Of a stretch of 64,000 nucleotides of DNA, positions 37,340-46,896 are shown one piece after another. A program made the position numbers and the translations under genes. The DNA comes from a bacterium. GTDB taxonomy: Bacteria; Hydrothermota; Tepidihabitantia; SM23-42; JAOAFX01. The number at the start of each line of letters is the position of its first letter. The stretch's first letter is position 1. The stretch lies in NCBI GenBank assembly GCA_036796695.1, contig DAIRCK010000001.1, forward strand, positions 16,539 through 80,538, in the 5' to 3' direction. The notes beneath the pieces are model-generated. The model was not told the DNA's origin, made no database searches, and worked only from the letters and a program-made list of their open reading frames with translations.

Positions 37340-38782
37340 TTATTTTTGTAATTTTAGTTTCTTTATCTTTCTGTGGAGTTCTTCCCTTGAGATGCCGATT
37401 TTCTTTGCAGCACGGGTGATGTTCCAGTCTTCTTCTTTGAGAATCTGGCTAAAGTATTCAAGCTCAAATCTTTCAAGTGCCTGTTTTCGGGCTTGTTTAT
37501 ATGCAAGGCTAAAGCCTTGCCCTACAGGAAGAGATTGGCTAAAGGTTTGCCCTTTAGACCCTGAAACAAGTTCAGGGTGACAGGCATTTTGGACCGTCCC
37601 TTTTTCAATAGAGGGTATGTTTCTTTGATTGAGTATCCTCATTACCTCATTTTCACTCTGGGTCATCAATAAATATTCAATTATGTTTTTCAATTCTCTG
37701 ACATTACCAGGCCAGTTATATACTTGAAAGGCATCAAGGAGTTTTTGTGATAATAGATGATGTTTCTTTCTCTGTGGGTCAAATAAATTCATAAAATATT
37801 CTGCAAGTAATGGTATATCATCTTTTCTATCCCTTAACGGTGGTATCTCAATAGAAAACACCTTTAACCTGTAATATAGATCTTCCCTGAATTTCTGTTG
37901 TCTGATTAATATATCAAGATTTTGATTCGTTGAAGCGATGATTCTTGTATCAACACTGACCGGCCTTGTGCCACCAAGTCTATAAAACTCTCCGGTCTCA
38001 AGGAATCTTAATAGTTTGGGTTGTAATATTAAGGGCAAATCTCCTATTTCATCAAGGAAGAGCGTCCCTTTATGTGCAAGTTCGATCTTTCCTTGTTTTC
38101 TCTGCTTTGCATCTGTAAATGCACCTTTTTCATAACCAAATAATTCAGACTCAAATAGATTTTCCGGAATAGATGGGCAATCTATCGCCAGAAATGGATA
38201 TGGTTTTCTTGAACTCAAAAAGTGTATCATCCGGGCACAGACCTCTTTGCCGGTTCCGGTCTCACCGATGATGAGAACACTTGCCTTCGGTTCTTTGCCT
38301 GCTGTTTCTATTTTTTCCTTTATTTTCTTTATCAAAAGGCTCTTCCCTATTAACTCAATCCCGGGTTTTGTTTCAAGAATTGATGTGGTGAGTTCCCTTA
38401 ACCTGAAAAGTTGCCTCTGTTCTTCAGAAATTTTTATAAACCTTTCTATTTTAATTTTTAATTCCTCTGGTGGAATCTTTTTTGTAAGATAATCATCAGC
38501 ACCGGATTTTATTGCCTGGACTGCAGTCTCAATTGATTCATAACCAGTCAGAACAACAATGTATGTCTCGGGTGATATACCTTTTGCCTCTTTTATGAGA
38601 TATAAACCGTCATCAAGTGATGGAAAATAGAGGTCAATGAGCAATAAATCAACGTCATATTCTTTTAAAATCTTCAAAGCCTCTTCTTTTGATAGGGCAG
38701 TTAGAATCTGGTATTCTTTGAGCACCAGAGAGAGACCATTCAAGACACTCTGTTCATCATCGGCAATGAGGATTTTGGGCAT
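37340..38782 (-). CDS. sigma54-dependent NtrC-family activator (REC-AAA+-Fis HTH)
   Basis: GETGTGKE, ELFGYEKGAFTDA, WPGNVRELKN, HTH; start reassigned to ATG 38782. Confidence 0.93.
   Translation of the reverse strand: MPKILIADDEQSVLNGLSLVLKEYQILTALSKEEALKILKEYDVDLLLIDLYFPSLDDGLYLIKEAKGISPETYIVVLTGYESIETAVQAIKSGADDYLTKKIPPEELKIKIERFIKISEEQRQLFRLRELTTSILETKPGIELIGKSLLIKKIKEKIETAGKEPKASVLIIGETGTGKEVCARMIHFLSSRKPYPFLAIDCPSIPENLFESELFGYEKGAFTDAKQRKQGKIELAHKGTLFLDEIGDLPLILQPKLLRFLETGEFYRLGGTRPVSVDTRIIASTNQNLDILIRQQKFREDLYYRLKVFSIEIPPLRDRKDDIPLLAEYFMNLFDPQRKKHHLLSQKLLDAFQVYNWPGNVRELKNIIEYLLMTQSENEVMRILNQRNIPSIEKGTVQNACHPELVSGSKGQTFSQSLPVGQGFSLAYKQARKQALERFELEYFSQILKEEDWNITRAAKKIGISREELHRKIKKLKLQK
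37503..37605 (-). repeat. Stack of REP-like palindromes in frame within the activator linker
   Basis: GTAGGGCAAGGCTTTAGCCTTGC (37503-37525), degenerate copy 37537-37553, TGTCACCCTGAACTTGTTTCAGGGTCT (37556-37582). Confidence 0.75.
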
Positions 38783-38798
38783 AGTAACCTCCAATATT

Positions 38799-38867
38799 AC
38801 GGACAGGGATAAACCCTGTCCCTACATTATCACCCTCACCTTTATCCCCTCCCTCCAAGGGAGAGGA
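38799..38867. repeat. Two intergenic REP-like elements
   Basis: GTAGGGACAGGGTTTATCCCTGTCCGT (minus, 38799-38825); TCACCCTCACCTTTATCCCCTCCCTCCAAGGGAGAGGA (38830-38867). Confidence 0.75.
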
Positions 38868-38901
38868 ATATAGAAACAAAAGTTTATTTGCCTTGTCCGG
38901 T

Positions 38902-40713
38902 CTATCTGGATTCATAAGTTATGGGCAATACAATGACAAATTTGACTCCAATCCCAGGATTGTTTTCCACTCTGATTTCTCCATTATGGACTTCAACAAT
39001 CTCTTTGACAAAGGATAGTCCAAGGCCAAGCCCTTTCTTCTTGGTCGTAGTAAACGGTTCAAAAAGGTCGGGCAGAATATGCTCAGGGATACCACCGGAT
39101 TGGTCTGAAATTTCTATAAACACGGAGGGGCACAGATGTTGACACGGAGGGGCGCGGAGTTCATCACCCTCACCTTTATCCTCTCCCTTCAAGGGAGAGG
39201 AAATATTGGTGCCAGTTCTAATAACTATGTTACAGCCATCCTTCTTTGCCTCATAGGAATTCTGTAATAGATTCAAGAATACCCTGCGCCACTGGTCAGG
39301 GTCAATACGAACTATACCAACATTACCGGGTTGAAAATCTACTTCACAGGGATTTACCCTTTTAAATTCATCCACTGTTTCTTTAATCAATTTATCAAGG
39401 TCAACTTCTCTTGGATTTGGCTCATAAATCCTGCCATGCTCGGCAATCCTATCAATTATCTCACCCAGTCTCTTTATACCGTTAACAATTTCATTAAAGT
39501 ATCTTCCACGCGGGTCATCAGAGGTAAATGTATTTTTTAATTCGTGAGCAATAAGTGAGATACCATATATTGGATTGCGCAGGTCATGGACCATATGTGC
39601 CGCAAACTTGCCGATTGCGGACAATTTCGCGGATTTAATCCTTTCACTGGTCAGGGTCTTCAATTTAATACTCAACTGGTTTATATTACGGGCAATGCGA
39701 TTAAACTCGTTGGGAAAATGGATCGAAATTTCTTTATCAAAATCACCCTGCGCGATTTCATCAGTCCTTTTTAAGATAACACCGGTCTTATTCCTGAGAT
39801 ACGCGCCAGCAAAGATTAATACCACACAAATAAAGGCAGTAAAAATTGAAGTTAGCAATAATCCCCTTCCAAGACCTGCCCTTATTCCAGCGAGCATATC
39901 AGTGTAATCAACCCCCACAATAAAATTAAAACCTTTAAATGATTTACAAATTTCTGGAATAGTATCAAAACAAAAGTTTTTAATACGATAAATCTTGTCC
40001 TTAAGATTGTAGTCACCACTTAAATTATCCTTTCTGATTTCTTTTATCTCATCGCCTGATAATGCCATTGCACTATTGTATAAAAGTGCACCAGATTCAT
40101 CCAGAACTGAGATAAATGAACCGGATGAAAGATTTGAATTCTTTACCGCACCTTCAAAGATTTTAGCAAAACTTATATCCGCAAGCAGCAATTTATTGTC
40201 ATTTAACCTTAAAAATGTCCTCTGGGCATAACCACCAGGGATTGGGACCAAATCTGCAGGAATAATAATAGTATCATTCTGAAATTCATCCACAGACACC
40301 TCAACAGGTGGTAGTTCTCTAAATTCTTCATAGGGCTCTGGTGAAAGATAGGTCTGGTCAGGATTGGATAAAAAAGAAAAAATATTTTTGCCATTTGTAT
40401 CAAACAGACTCACCCGGTAAAACCTACAATCACGGTCAAAGAAGTATGAACCAATCTCTTCTTTGTTATACTGACCTCTGGTAAACAGTAATCGCCTTGC
40501 AAAGTATAGATATTCCTCACACAACCGGCATTCTTTAATAAGTGAATTTACAAATGCATCCGCATATTCAGATAGTCTCTGGTCAATATTCCTTTTGAGA
40601 TTCTGGACTGTTATTGAATGCATTACCAGTTGTATAATTACCATCGGTATGACAATGGCAAATATTAACAATATAATAAAGAATGTAGTAAAAGATGTAA
40701 AGCGGTTATTCAT
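38902..40713 (-). CDS. Membrane sensor histidine kinase (periplasmic domain, HAMP, HisKA, HATPase)
   Basis: VHDLRNP, NLLQNS, DQSGGIP, GLGLGL; start reassigned to ATG 40713, coupled to the SBP stop. Confidence 0.9.
   Translation of the reverse strand: MNNRFTSFTTFFIILLIFAIVIPMVIIQLVMHSITVQNLKRNIDQRLSEYADAFVNSLIKECRLCEEYLYFARRLLFTRGQYNKEEIGSYFFDRDCRFYRVSLFDTNGKNIFSFLSNPDQTYLSPEPYEEFRELPPVEVSVDEFQNDTIIIPADLVPIPGGYAQRTFLRLNDNKLLLADISFAKIFEGAVKNSNLSSGSFISVLDESGALLYNSAMALSGDEIKEIRKDNLSGDYNLKDKIYRIKNFCFDTIPEICKSFKGFNFIVGVDYTDMLAGIRAGLGRGLLLTSIFTAFICVVLIFAGAYLRNKTGVILKRTDEIAQGDFDKEISIHFPNEFNRIARNINQLSIKLKTLTSERIKSAKLSAIGKFAAHMVHDLRNPIYGISLIAHELKNTFTSDDPRGRYFNEIVNGIKRLGEIIDRIAEHGRIYEPNPREVDLDKLIKETVDEFKRVNPCEVDFQPGNVGIVRIDPDQWRRVFLNLLQNSYEAKKDGCNIVIRTGTNISSPLKGEDKGEGDELRAPPCQHLCPSVFIEISDQSGGIPEHILPDLFEPFTTTKKKGLGLGLSFVKEIVEVHNGEIRVENNPGIGVKFVIVLPITYESR
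39121..39201. repeat. In-frame repeat insertion in the HATPase domain
   Basis: CACGGAGGGGC twice, plus a 38-nt near copy (39164-39201) of the 38830 palindrome. Confidence 0.75.
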
Positions 40714-42229
40714 CGCATTTATAGATATAAGGGGAAAGTAATAATAAAGGGTCAATATTTTTGAATTTTTTATTAACAAGGTAAAGGGGATAAGTCCAGT
40801 AGAGAAAGACAAATGGCGGGTCTTCCAAAACGAGTGAATCCATCTGTGCAAGCAAAGAAGCATCGTTAATAGTTTTATACAACTCCCATAATGAATCAAA
40901 TCTTTCTGATTTTAATTCAATCCAGGGTGCTTCAGTAGAAGAATATATGACCAGCTGGGCATCGGGTGTTGAATCAGAAAACATAATTGAAACAGTACCA
41001 AAGTCCCATTCTGGTGCACCCCGTAATACTGCAACCCTTGAGGCGCAGACCAGTTCGGTCTCTATGCCAACTTTTTTCAGTTGACTTTGTAAAAGTTGTG
41101 ATAATTTTCTGGAAAACGGAGTTGGGTAATATTGAAACTTCAACCCCTTCAATTTATTACCCAGTCCTGTCTTTTTTATCAATTCAATTGCCTTTAAAGG
41201 AGAATATTCGTACCTAAAAGGGCTCAGAGTATTTAGTGTAGGACCATCTGCAATCTTTACCCCTGGCATCACCAATAAGTTCTTTATCTCCTCACGATTT
41301 ATTGCATAATTTAATGCCCTTCTCAATATAGAATTTTTGAAGATTGGGTTATCTTTAGAATTGAACAGCAGAACAGTAAGTGATGGAAATGGGTATTGTA
41401 TTATCTGAAATCTCTGCATAAATTCTTCTTTTGTTTGAATTCTTTTTCCATCCCTTTTGAAACATTTTTCTACAACATCCGCGCTTATCGGCGACAGGTC
41501 AACCATTCCATCAAATAAACTCTTTATTGCCTGATTGATGTCCGGGAAGAAAATAACGATAATCTTATCAAGATAAGGCAATTTCTGAGCCCATATATCT
41601 TTTGCCCAGAATCTTTTATTTTTTACCAGCACCAATTCATTTTCATCCCAGGTTTCAAAAACAAATGGTCCTGAGCCGACTGGATGGAAACTGAAATTCT
41701 CGCCGTATTCTTCCACTGCCTCAGAAGGAACTATATAAAGCATCTCGTGATTGAGAGAACTTAGAAAATCCTTGTCTGGACTTTTTAGCAGGAATCGCAC
41801 CCGGAAAGAATCAAGAACTATAATTTCCTGTATGTTATTAACCGGCTCTAAATATGGCCAGGACTTCTTTATCTTCTCATAGGTATATTTCACATCATAC
41901 GCATTTACTACACGTATACCATCTTTAAAACAGGGGTCGGAATGAAAATAACAATTTTTTTTGAGCACAAATTCCCATTGTAGATAATCAGATGAATGGT
42001 TTGCTTTTTCTGTAATCCCCAATTCTGGATTTTCCTGATTATATAATGGAGAATAGACTAGCCTGATAAGTCTCTGGGCTCCGGTACATCCCCAGTCCTT
42101 TGTCGGGTCAATACCAATCAATCCACTGAGCCAGGCAATTCTCAACTCACCCCCGGAGGTTGGTTTAATCTCCTCTGTGCTACAGGAGAGATGAATAAAT
42201 ATTACAAGCAGTAAAATAAAACCCCGCAT
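40706..42229 (-). CDS. Family 5 (peptide/nickel-type) ABC solute-binding lipoprotein
   Basis: Lipobox-like LSC, WEFVLKK..FH, VNAYDVKYT, PVGSGPF; no permease nearby. Confidence 0.85.
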   Translation of the reverse strand: MRGFILLLVIFIHLSCSTEEIKPTSGGELRIAWLSGLIGIDPTKDWGCTGAQRLIRLVYSPLYNQENPELGITEKANHSSDYLQWEFVLKKNCYFHSDPCFKDGIRVVNAYDVKYTYEKIKKSWPYLEPVNNIQEIIVLDSFRVRFLLKSPDKDFLSSLNHEMLYIVPSEAVEEYGENFSFHPVGSGPFVFETWDENELVLVKNKRFWAKDIWAQKLPYLDKIIVIFFPDINQAIKSLFDGMVDLSPISADVVEKCFKRDGKRIQTKEEFMQRFQIIQYPFPSLTVLLFNSKDNPIFKNSILRRALNYAINREEIKNLLVMPGVKIADGPTLNTLSPFRYEYSPLKAIELIKKTGLGNKLKGLKFQYYPTPFSRKLSQLLQSQLKKVGIETELVCASRVAVLRGAPEWDFGTVSIMFSDSTPDAQLVIYSSTEAPWIELKSERFDSLWELYKTINDASLLAQMDSLVLEDPPFVFLYWTYPLYLVNKKFKNIDPLLLLSPYIYKCDE

Positions 42230-42315
42230 AATACCACCTTATTTTATACAATTATTACTACTTTGTCAATATTTATTGCAATTAGGGGAATATGAAAAAA
42301 TTCTTAAGTAGGAGT

Positions 42316-42735
42316 TTAATCTATGGGTCCGAGTTCGGTAATGGATTTTATAAAATTATTTACAACCTCCTGGAATCTGGCGCCTTCTCCAGCAGAAACC
42401 CATTCCAGTTTAAGGCGTCTATCATCAACACCCATTTCTTTCAATAATAATTTGAGTGCATTATATCTCCTCAACGCCTTATAATTACCTGAAATATAAT
42501 GGCAGTCACCCGGGTGGCATCCCGTGATCAAAACCCCATCCACACCTTTTTTGAATGCAGTCAATATAAACTCTGGTTCAATCCTTCCTGAGCACATCGT
42601 TCTTATTATTCTGAAATTGGGATTCATCTGGAGTCTTGAAACGCCAGCCAGGTCAGCACCTGCATAAGAACACCAGTTACAACAGAAGACGATTATCTTT
42701 GGCTTAAAATTAGTCTTATTGTCTGATTGTCCCAT
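42316..42735 (-). CDS. mvhD: MvhD/FlpD [2Fe-2S] subunit
   Basis: CCNWCSYAGAD, MCSGRI, GCHPGDCHY; start at ATG 42735. Confidence 0.92.
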   Translation of the reverse strand: MGQSDNKTNFKPKIIVFCCNWCSYAGADLAGVSRLQMNPNFRIIRTMCSGRIEPEFILTAFKKGVDGVLITGCHPGDCHYISGNYKALRRYNALKLLLKEMGVDDRRLKLEWVSAGEGARFQEVVNNFIKSITELGPID

Positions 42736-42870
42736 AGTCTGATAGTTCTTTAGTGCGGAGTCTAATTGCCTGAAAATCAAGTGGTCCGAAGATATTAATG
42801 ACTATAAGACCATCTGACCATATGACTATATGACTACTCATAGAATGCCTCCACCATCGCCATTATCTGT
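42695..42870. repeat. Near-identical duplicated hdrA-mvhD junction, copy 1 (copy 2 at offset +4026), with 8-nt-period tracts
   Basis: Direct comparison with 46721-46896. Confidence 0.85.
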
Positions 42871-45800
42871 TGTCTTGTGAATCCATACTGGGTCATTGCA
42901 CCAGAAGGACAGGCAGCAACACAGGTTCCACAACCCTTGCAGAGTGCCTCATTAACACTGGAAATGCGTTTACCATCTTTTTCTTTATATAAAATTGCCT
43001 CATAAGGACATAATGCGCCGCACATACCACAACCCGCACAGAGTTCTTCATTGACTGATGATATTGTTGCCTCTGCATAATATTTCTTATTTGATAAAAT
43101 AGTTGCAACACGTGCAACAGCGGCTTGTGCCTGAATTATAGATTCAGCAATTGTCTTTGGACTGTGAGCCATCCCTGCCACAAACACACCCTCAGTGGCA
43201 AAATCAACTGGTCTCAGTTTTATATGGGCTTCGAGGAAGAACCCATCCTGGTTTAAAGGAACCTTGAGCATCTTAGCAAGTTCAGTATTGCTCGGTTCAG
43301 ACACAATACCTGAAGAAAGAACGAGAAGGTCTGTATCAATATTGAATTCTTCCTTAAGAATTGGTTCAAATACCTTGACTTTCAATCTTTCGTTTTCAAC
43401 CCTTACATCTGGCTTATTTTGATCATATCTTATGAAAACAATACCCTTTTCCCTTGCCTTACGGTATAATTCTTCTTTGAATCCATAGGTGCGTATATCT
43501 TTGTATAAAATATAGATATTTGCGTCGGGATTGAGTTCAAGCAGATTCAAGGCATTTTTTATCGCCTGAGAACAACATATACGGCTGCAATACTTTCTCT
43601 TTTCATCACGGGAACCGACACACTGAATCATTACAATGGTCTTATGGTCTGATAGTCGGATAGTCGTATGGTCTGATCCCCTGATACCCTGATCCCCTGA
43701 TATCCTGATATCCTGATAACCTGATAACCTGATTTCCATCTCCCTCTGGGTGACCACTCTCGGGTCTTTGCCATAGAGATATTCGGTTGGTGTATATTCT
43801 TTTGCACCGGTTGCTACAATTATCACCCCATGCTCAAGTTCAATCATATCCTGACATTTGATTTTTGTTTTGTAATTTCCAACAAAACCAGAAATTTCCT
43901 TGATCTCTGCCCCGGTAAATACCTTTATCAATCGATTGTTTTTAATCTTATCGATCATCCTTTCCAAGAAATACCGGACATCCCTACCTTCAAAAGTTTT
44001 ATAGATATGCCTTATGTTACCACCGAGTTCCTTTTCCTTTTCTACAAGAAAGACCTCAAATCCCTGTTCAGATAAAGATAAGGCTGAACTCATCCCTGTA
44101 ATACCACCACCTATCACCAGCGCCTTTTGAATAACATCTATCTCAACCCTTTTTAAGGGTTTAAGCAACCTTGCCTTTGAAACAGCCATCCTGACAAGGT
44201 CCTTTGCCTTCTCAGTTGCCAAAGCCGGTTCATACATATGTATCCAGGAGCACTGGTCACGAATATTTGCCATTTCAAATAAATATGGATTCAAACCAGC
44301 TTCGCGAATTGTATCTCTAAATAATGGTTCATGTGTCCTCGGCGTGCAGGAAGCAACAACGATTCTATTCAATTTATGTTCATTGATCTTTTCAATGATT
44401 CTTTTCTGGGTATCCTGGGAACAAGTATAAAGATTATTTTCAGCATATACAACATCAGGCAATTGTTTTACATATTCAACAATTTCAGGCACATTTACAT
44501 AACCACCAATATTGATTCCACAATGGCAGACAAAAACTCCAATCCTTGGTTTTTCATTTAATACATCCAGTTCCTCAGGATATTCCTTCTTTGTAACCAG
44601 ACTGCCCCTTGCCTCAGCGAGTAATGCCATTGCACTACCAGCAGCGGCCGATGCCTGGGCTACAGTCTCCGGTATATCCTTTGGACCGGCAAATGCACCA
44701 CAAACAAAAATTCCATCACGGATTGTATCAACTGGAATAAATTCAGAAGTTCTGCAAAAACCATAATTATTCAAGTTTATGTGCAAGTAGCGTGATAATG
44801 TGCGCATATCTGATTTTGGCACAAGACCAACCGACAAAACAACCATATCAAATTCTTCCTGTTTAATAGAACCTTCTTCATCTTCATAATGGACGATCAA
44901 ATTTTTTGTTTCTTGGTTCTCTTCAATCCTTGATACCCCGGCACGAACAAATCTAACTCCATATTCGTTCTTCGCACGATTATAATAATCCTCAAATCCC
45001 TTTCCAAATGTCCTTATATCCATATAAAATATTGTTGTCTCAAGCCCGTTCCCTGAATGTTCCTTCGCAATTATTGCTTCTTTTATTGCATAGGTGCAGC
45101 ATACAGAAGAACAATACCCTTTCCCTATCTGTGGGTCCCTTGAACCCACACACTGGATAAAAGCGATTCTTTTTGGTACCTTACCTTCATAGGGTCTTAG
45201 TAAATGTCCTGAAAATGGTCCTGATGCAGATAAAATACGCTCAAACTCAAGACTCGTTACAACATTTTTATAAACACCATAACCAAAATTTGTATAAACC
45301 TTTGGATCAAATGTATCAACACCAGTTGATAAGATAATTGCACCAACATTTATATCTTCAATGACATCACTATCTTTATACTTTATTGCTCCAGCAAGGC
45401 AGATTTTTTCACAAACACCACAACCAAGACAATTATTTTTATCAATCGCATAGACTGCAGGAACTGCCTGTGGGTATTCAATGTAGATGCTCTTTCTACT
45501 TGTTAAACCCTGGTTAAATCTGTCCGCAATTTCAATTGGACAGTGTTTCTTACATTCTCCACAGCCTGTACATTTTGTGGTATCTACATACCGTGCCTTC
45601 TTACGTACATTTACTACAAAATTTCCTGCTTCACCACTCACCCCTTCAATCTTTGCATCGGGGATGATTTTTATATTCAAATGGCGTGCACATTCTACGA
45701 GTTTCGGTGCCATAATACACATTGAACAATCATTTGTCGGAAATGTCTTGTCAAGCATTGCCATTATTCCACCGATAGATGATGAAGAATCCAGCAAATA

Positions 45801-45908
45801 AACCTTAAACCCAGAGTTCGCCAGGTCAAGCGCTGCCTGTATTCCACCAATACCACCGCCAACGACCATTACTGCACCAATCTTCTGATTACTGAAAGAA
45901 TTACTCAT
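42834..45908 (-). CDS. hdrA: Large HdrA-like flavoprotein (two FAD modules, Fe-S domains), 1024 aa
   Basis: GGGIGG..DKTFPTNDC, IQCVGSRD, VCHCGINIG, second GGGITG, C-terminal ferredoxin. Confidence 0.93.
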   Translation of the reverse strand: MSNSFSNQKIGAVMVVGGGIGGIQAALDLANSGFKVYLLDSSSSIGGIMAMLDKTFPTNDCSMCIMAPKLVECARHLNIKIIPDAKIEGVSGEAGNFVVNVRKKARYVDTTKCTGCGECKKHCPIEIADRFNQGLTSRKSIYIEYPQAVPAVYAIDKNNCLGCGVCEKICLAGAIKYKDSDVIEDINVGAIILSTGVDTFDPKVYTNFGYGVYKNVVTSLEFERILSASGPFSGHLLRPYEGKVPKRIAFIQCVGSRDPQIGKGYCSSVCCTYAIKEAIIAKEHSGNGLETTIFYMDIRTFGKGFEDYYNRAKNEYGVRFVRAGVSRIEENQETKNLIVHYEDEEGSIKQEEFDMVVLSVGLVPKSDMRTLSRYLHINLNNYGFCRTSEFIPVDTIRDGIFVCGAFAGPKDIPETVAQASAAAGSAMALLAEARGSLVTKKEYPEELDVLNEKPRIGVFVCHCGINIGGYVNVPEIVEYVKQLPDVVYAENNLYTCSQDTQKRIIEKINEHKLNRIVVASCTPRTHEPLFRDTIREAGLNPYLFEMANIRDQCSWIHMYEPALATEKAKDLVRMAVSKARLLKPLKRVEIDVIQKALVIGGGITGMSSALSLSEQGFEVFLVEKEKELGGNIRHIYKTFEGRDVRYFLERMIDKIKNNRLIKVFTGAEIKEISGFVGNYKTKIKCQDMIELEHGVIIVATGAKEYTPTEYLYGKDPRVVTQREMEIRLSGYQDIRISGDQGIRGSDHTTIRLSDHKTIVMIQCVGSRDEKRKYCSRICCSQAIKNALNLLELNPDANIYILYKDIRTYGFKEELYRKAREKGIVFIRYDQNKPDVRVENERLKVKVFEPILKEEFNIDTDLLVLSSGIVSEPSNTELAKMLKVPLNQDGFFLEAHIKLRPVDFATEGVFVAGMAHSPKTIAESIIQAQAAVARVATILSNKKYYAEATISSVNEELCAGCGMCGALCPYEAILYKEKDGKRISSVNEALCKGCGTCVAACPSGAMTQYGFTRQQIMAMVEAFYE
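43637..43732. repeat. 12 x 8-nt degenerate tandem array inside hdrA
   Basis: tggtctta tggtctga tagtcgga tagtcgta tggtctga tcccctga taccctga tcccctga tatcctga tatcctga taacctga taacctga. Confidence 0.9.
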
Positions 45909-45958
45909 TCAATCCATCCTCGCATTTAATAGGGCAAAAACCCCACCTTTATTTTCAT

Positions 45959-45993
45959 ATTGTTTAGGATTTAGAATTTCGTATTTAGGATTT
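45959..45993. repeat. 7-nt-period tract (AAATCCT AAATACG AAATTCT AAATCCT on minus strand)
   Basis: Overlaps the stop codon at 45985. Confidence 0.7.
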
Positions 45994-46761
45994 AATACTC
46001 TGGTATACCGGATATCCATCTCTTATCTCCTTCATTGATACATCACCTTTTTCCTGGAGTGAGCAGAGACTCTTAAAGACAAAATCAGGAGTTATATTTA
46101 ACTTTGAGGCAATCTGCGGAACAGTCAATTCATTATTCTTCAGTATTCTTATAATTCGCGCCTTTGTATATTCTTCATATAATATTCTTTCAACTCTTTT
46201 CTCATACTCTTCAGCTAAAATTTTTTCACCATAAACATTCTCTTGCTCAGTTATATGATACTCGACACCAGTCAGGTGTCTGAATCTCTCACCCTGAAGC
46301 ACATGCCTGACTGATAGTAACATATCTTTTGTATCTTCATTTATTTTTATTGGTCCTAAATCTTTTATTCTTTCAATAAATGTGTTAACAAGATTGGCAA
46401 ATCTTTCTCCTTCTGCTGCAGATACCCAATCTAAATATAATCTGTCTTTTTCAATTGTAGTATAGGATAAAATTTTCTGAGTAGCAATAATCCTTTTTTC
46501 TGTATTGTAATTCCCATTCAGATAATGGCAGTCGCCAAAATGGCAACCAAGAACCATAACACCATCAATTCCCTTCAGAAGTGCATTTATTATAAATACT
46601 GGGTCAACCCTTCCCGAACACATCACCCTTATAACTCTTATATTTGGTCGGTATTGAATCCTTGATACACCGGCTAAATCAGCCCCGGCATAAGAACACC
46701 AGTTGCACAAAAATCCGAGTATCTTTGGCTTAAAATTAGTCTTATTGTCTGATTGTCCCAT
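45985..46761 (-). CDS. mvhD: MvhD fused to a helical linker and a C-terminal winged-HTH-like domain
   Basis: LCNWCSYAGAD..GCHFGDCHY; tail IIRILKNNELTVPQIASKLNITPDFVFKSLCSLQEKGDV. Confidence 0.85.
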   Translation of the reverse strand: MGQSDNKTNFKPKILGFLCNWCSYAGADLAGVSRIQYRPNIRVIRVMCSGRVDPVFIINALLKGIDGVMVLGCHFGDCHYLNGNYNTEKRIIATQKILSYTTIEKDRLYLDWVSAAEGERFANLVNTFIERIKDLGPIKINEDTKDMLLSVRHVLQGERFRHLTGVEYHITEQENVYGEKILAEEYEKRVERILYEEYTKARIIRILKNNELTVPQIASKLNITPDFVFKSLCSLQEKGDVSMKEIRDGYPVYQSIKS

Positions 46762-46896
46762 AGTCTGATAGTCCTGTAGTGCAGAGTCTAATTGTCTGAA
46801 AATCAGAGGGTCCGAAGACGTTAATGACTATAAGACCATCTGACCGTATAACTATATGACTACTCATACAACGCCTCCACCATTGCCATAATCTGC
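46721..46896. repeat. Duplicated hdrA-mvhD junction, copy 2
   Basis: See 42695-42870. Confidence 0.85.

Noticed and set aside
40714-40899. N-terminal extensions in the ORF track (kinase 40899; likewise mlaE 19602, mlaD 18130, rseP 29827, ispD 31610, mvhD 42780)
   Set aside because: They overlap upstream genes or promoters; better starts with SD or promoter support lie downstream.
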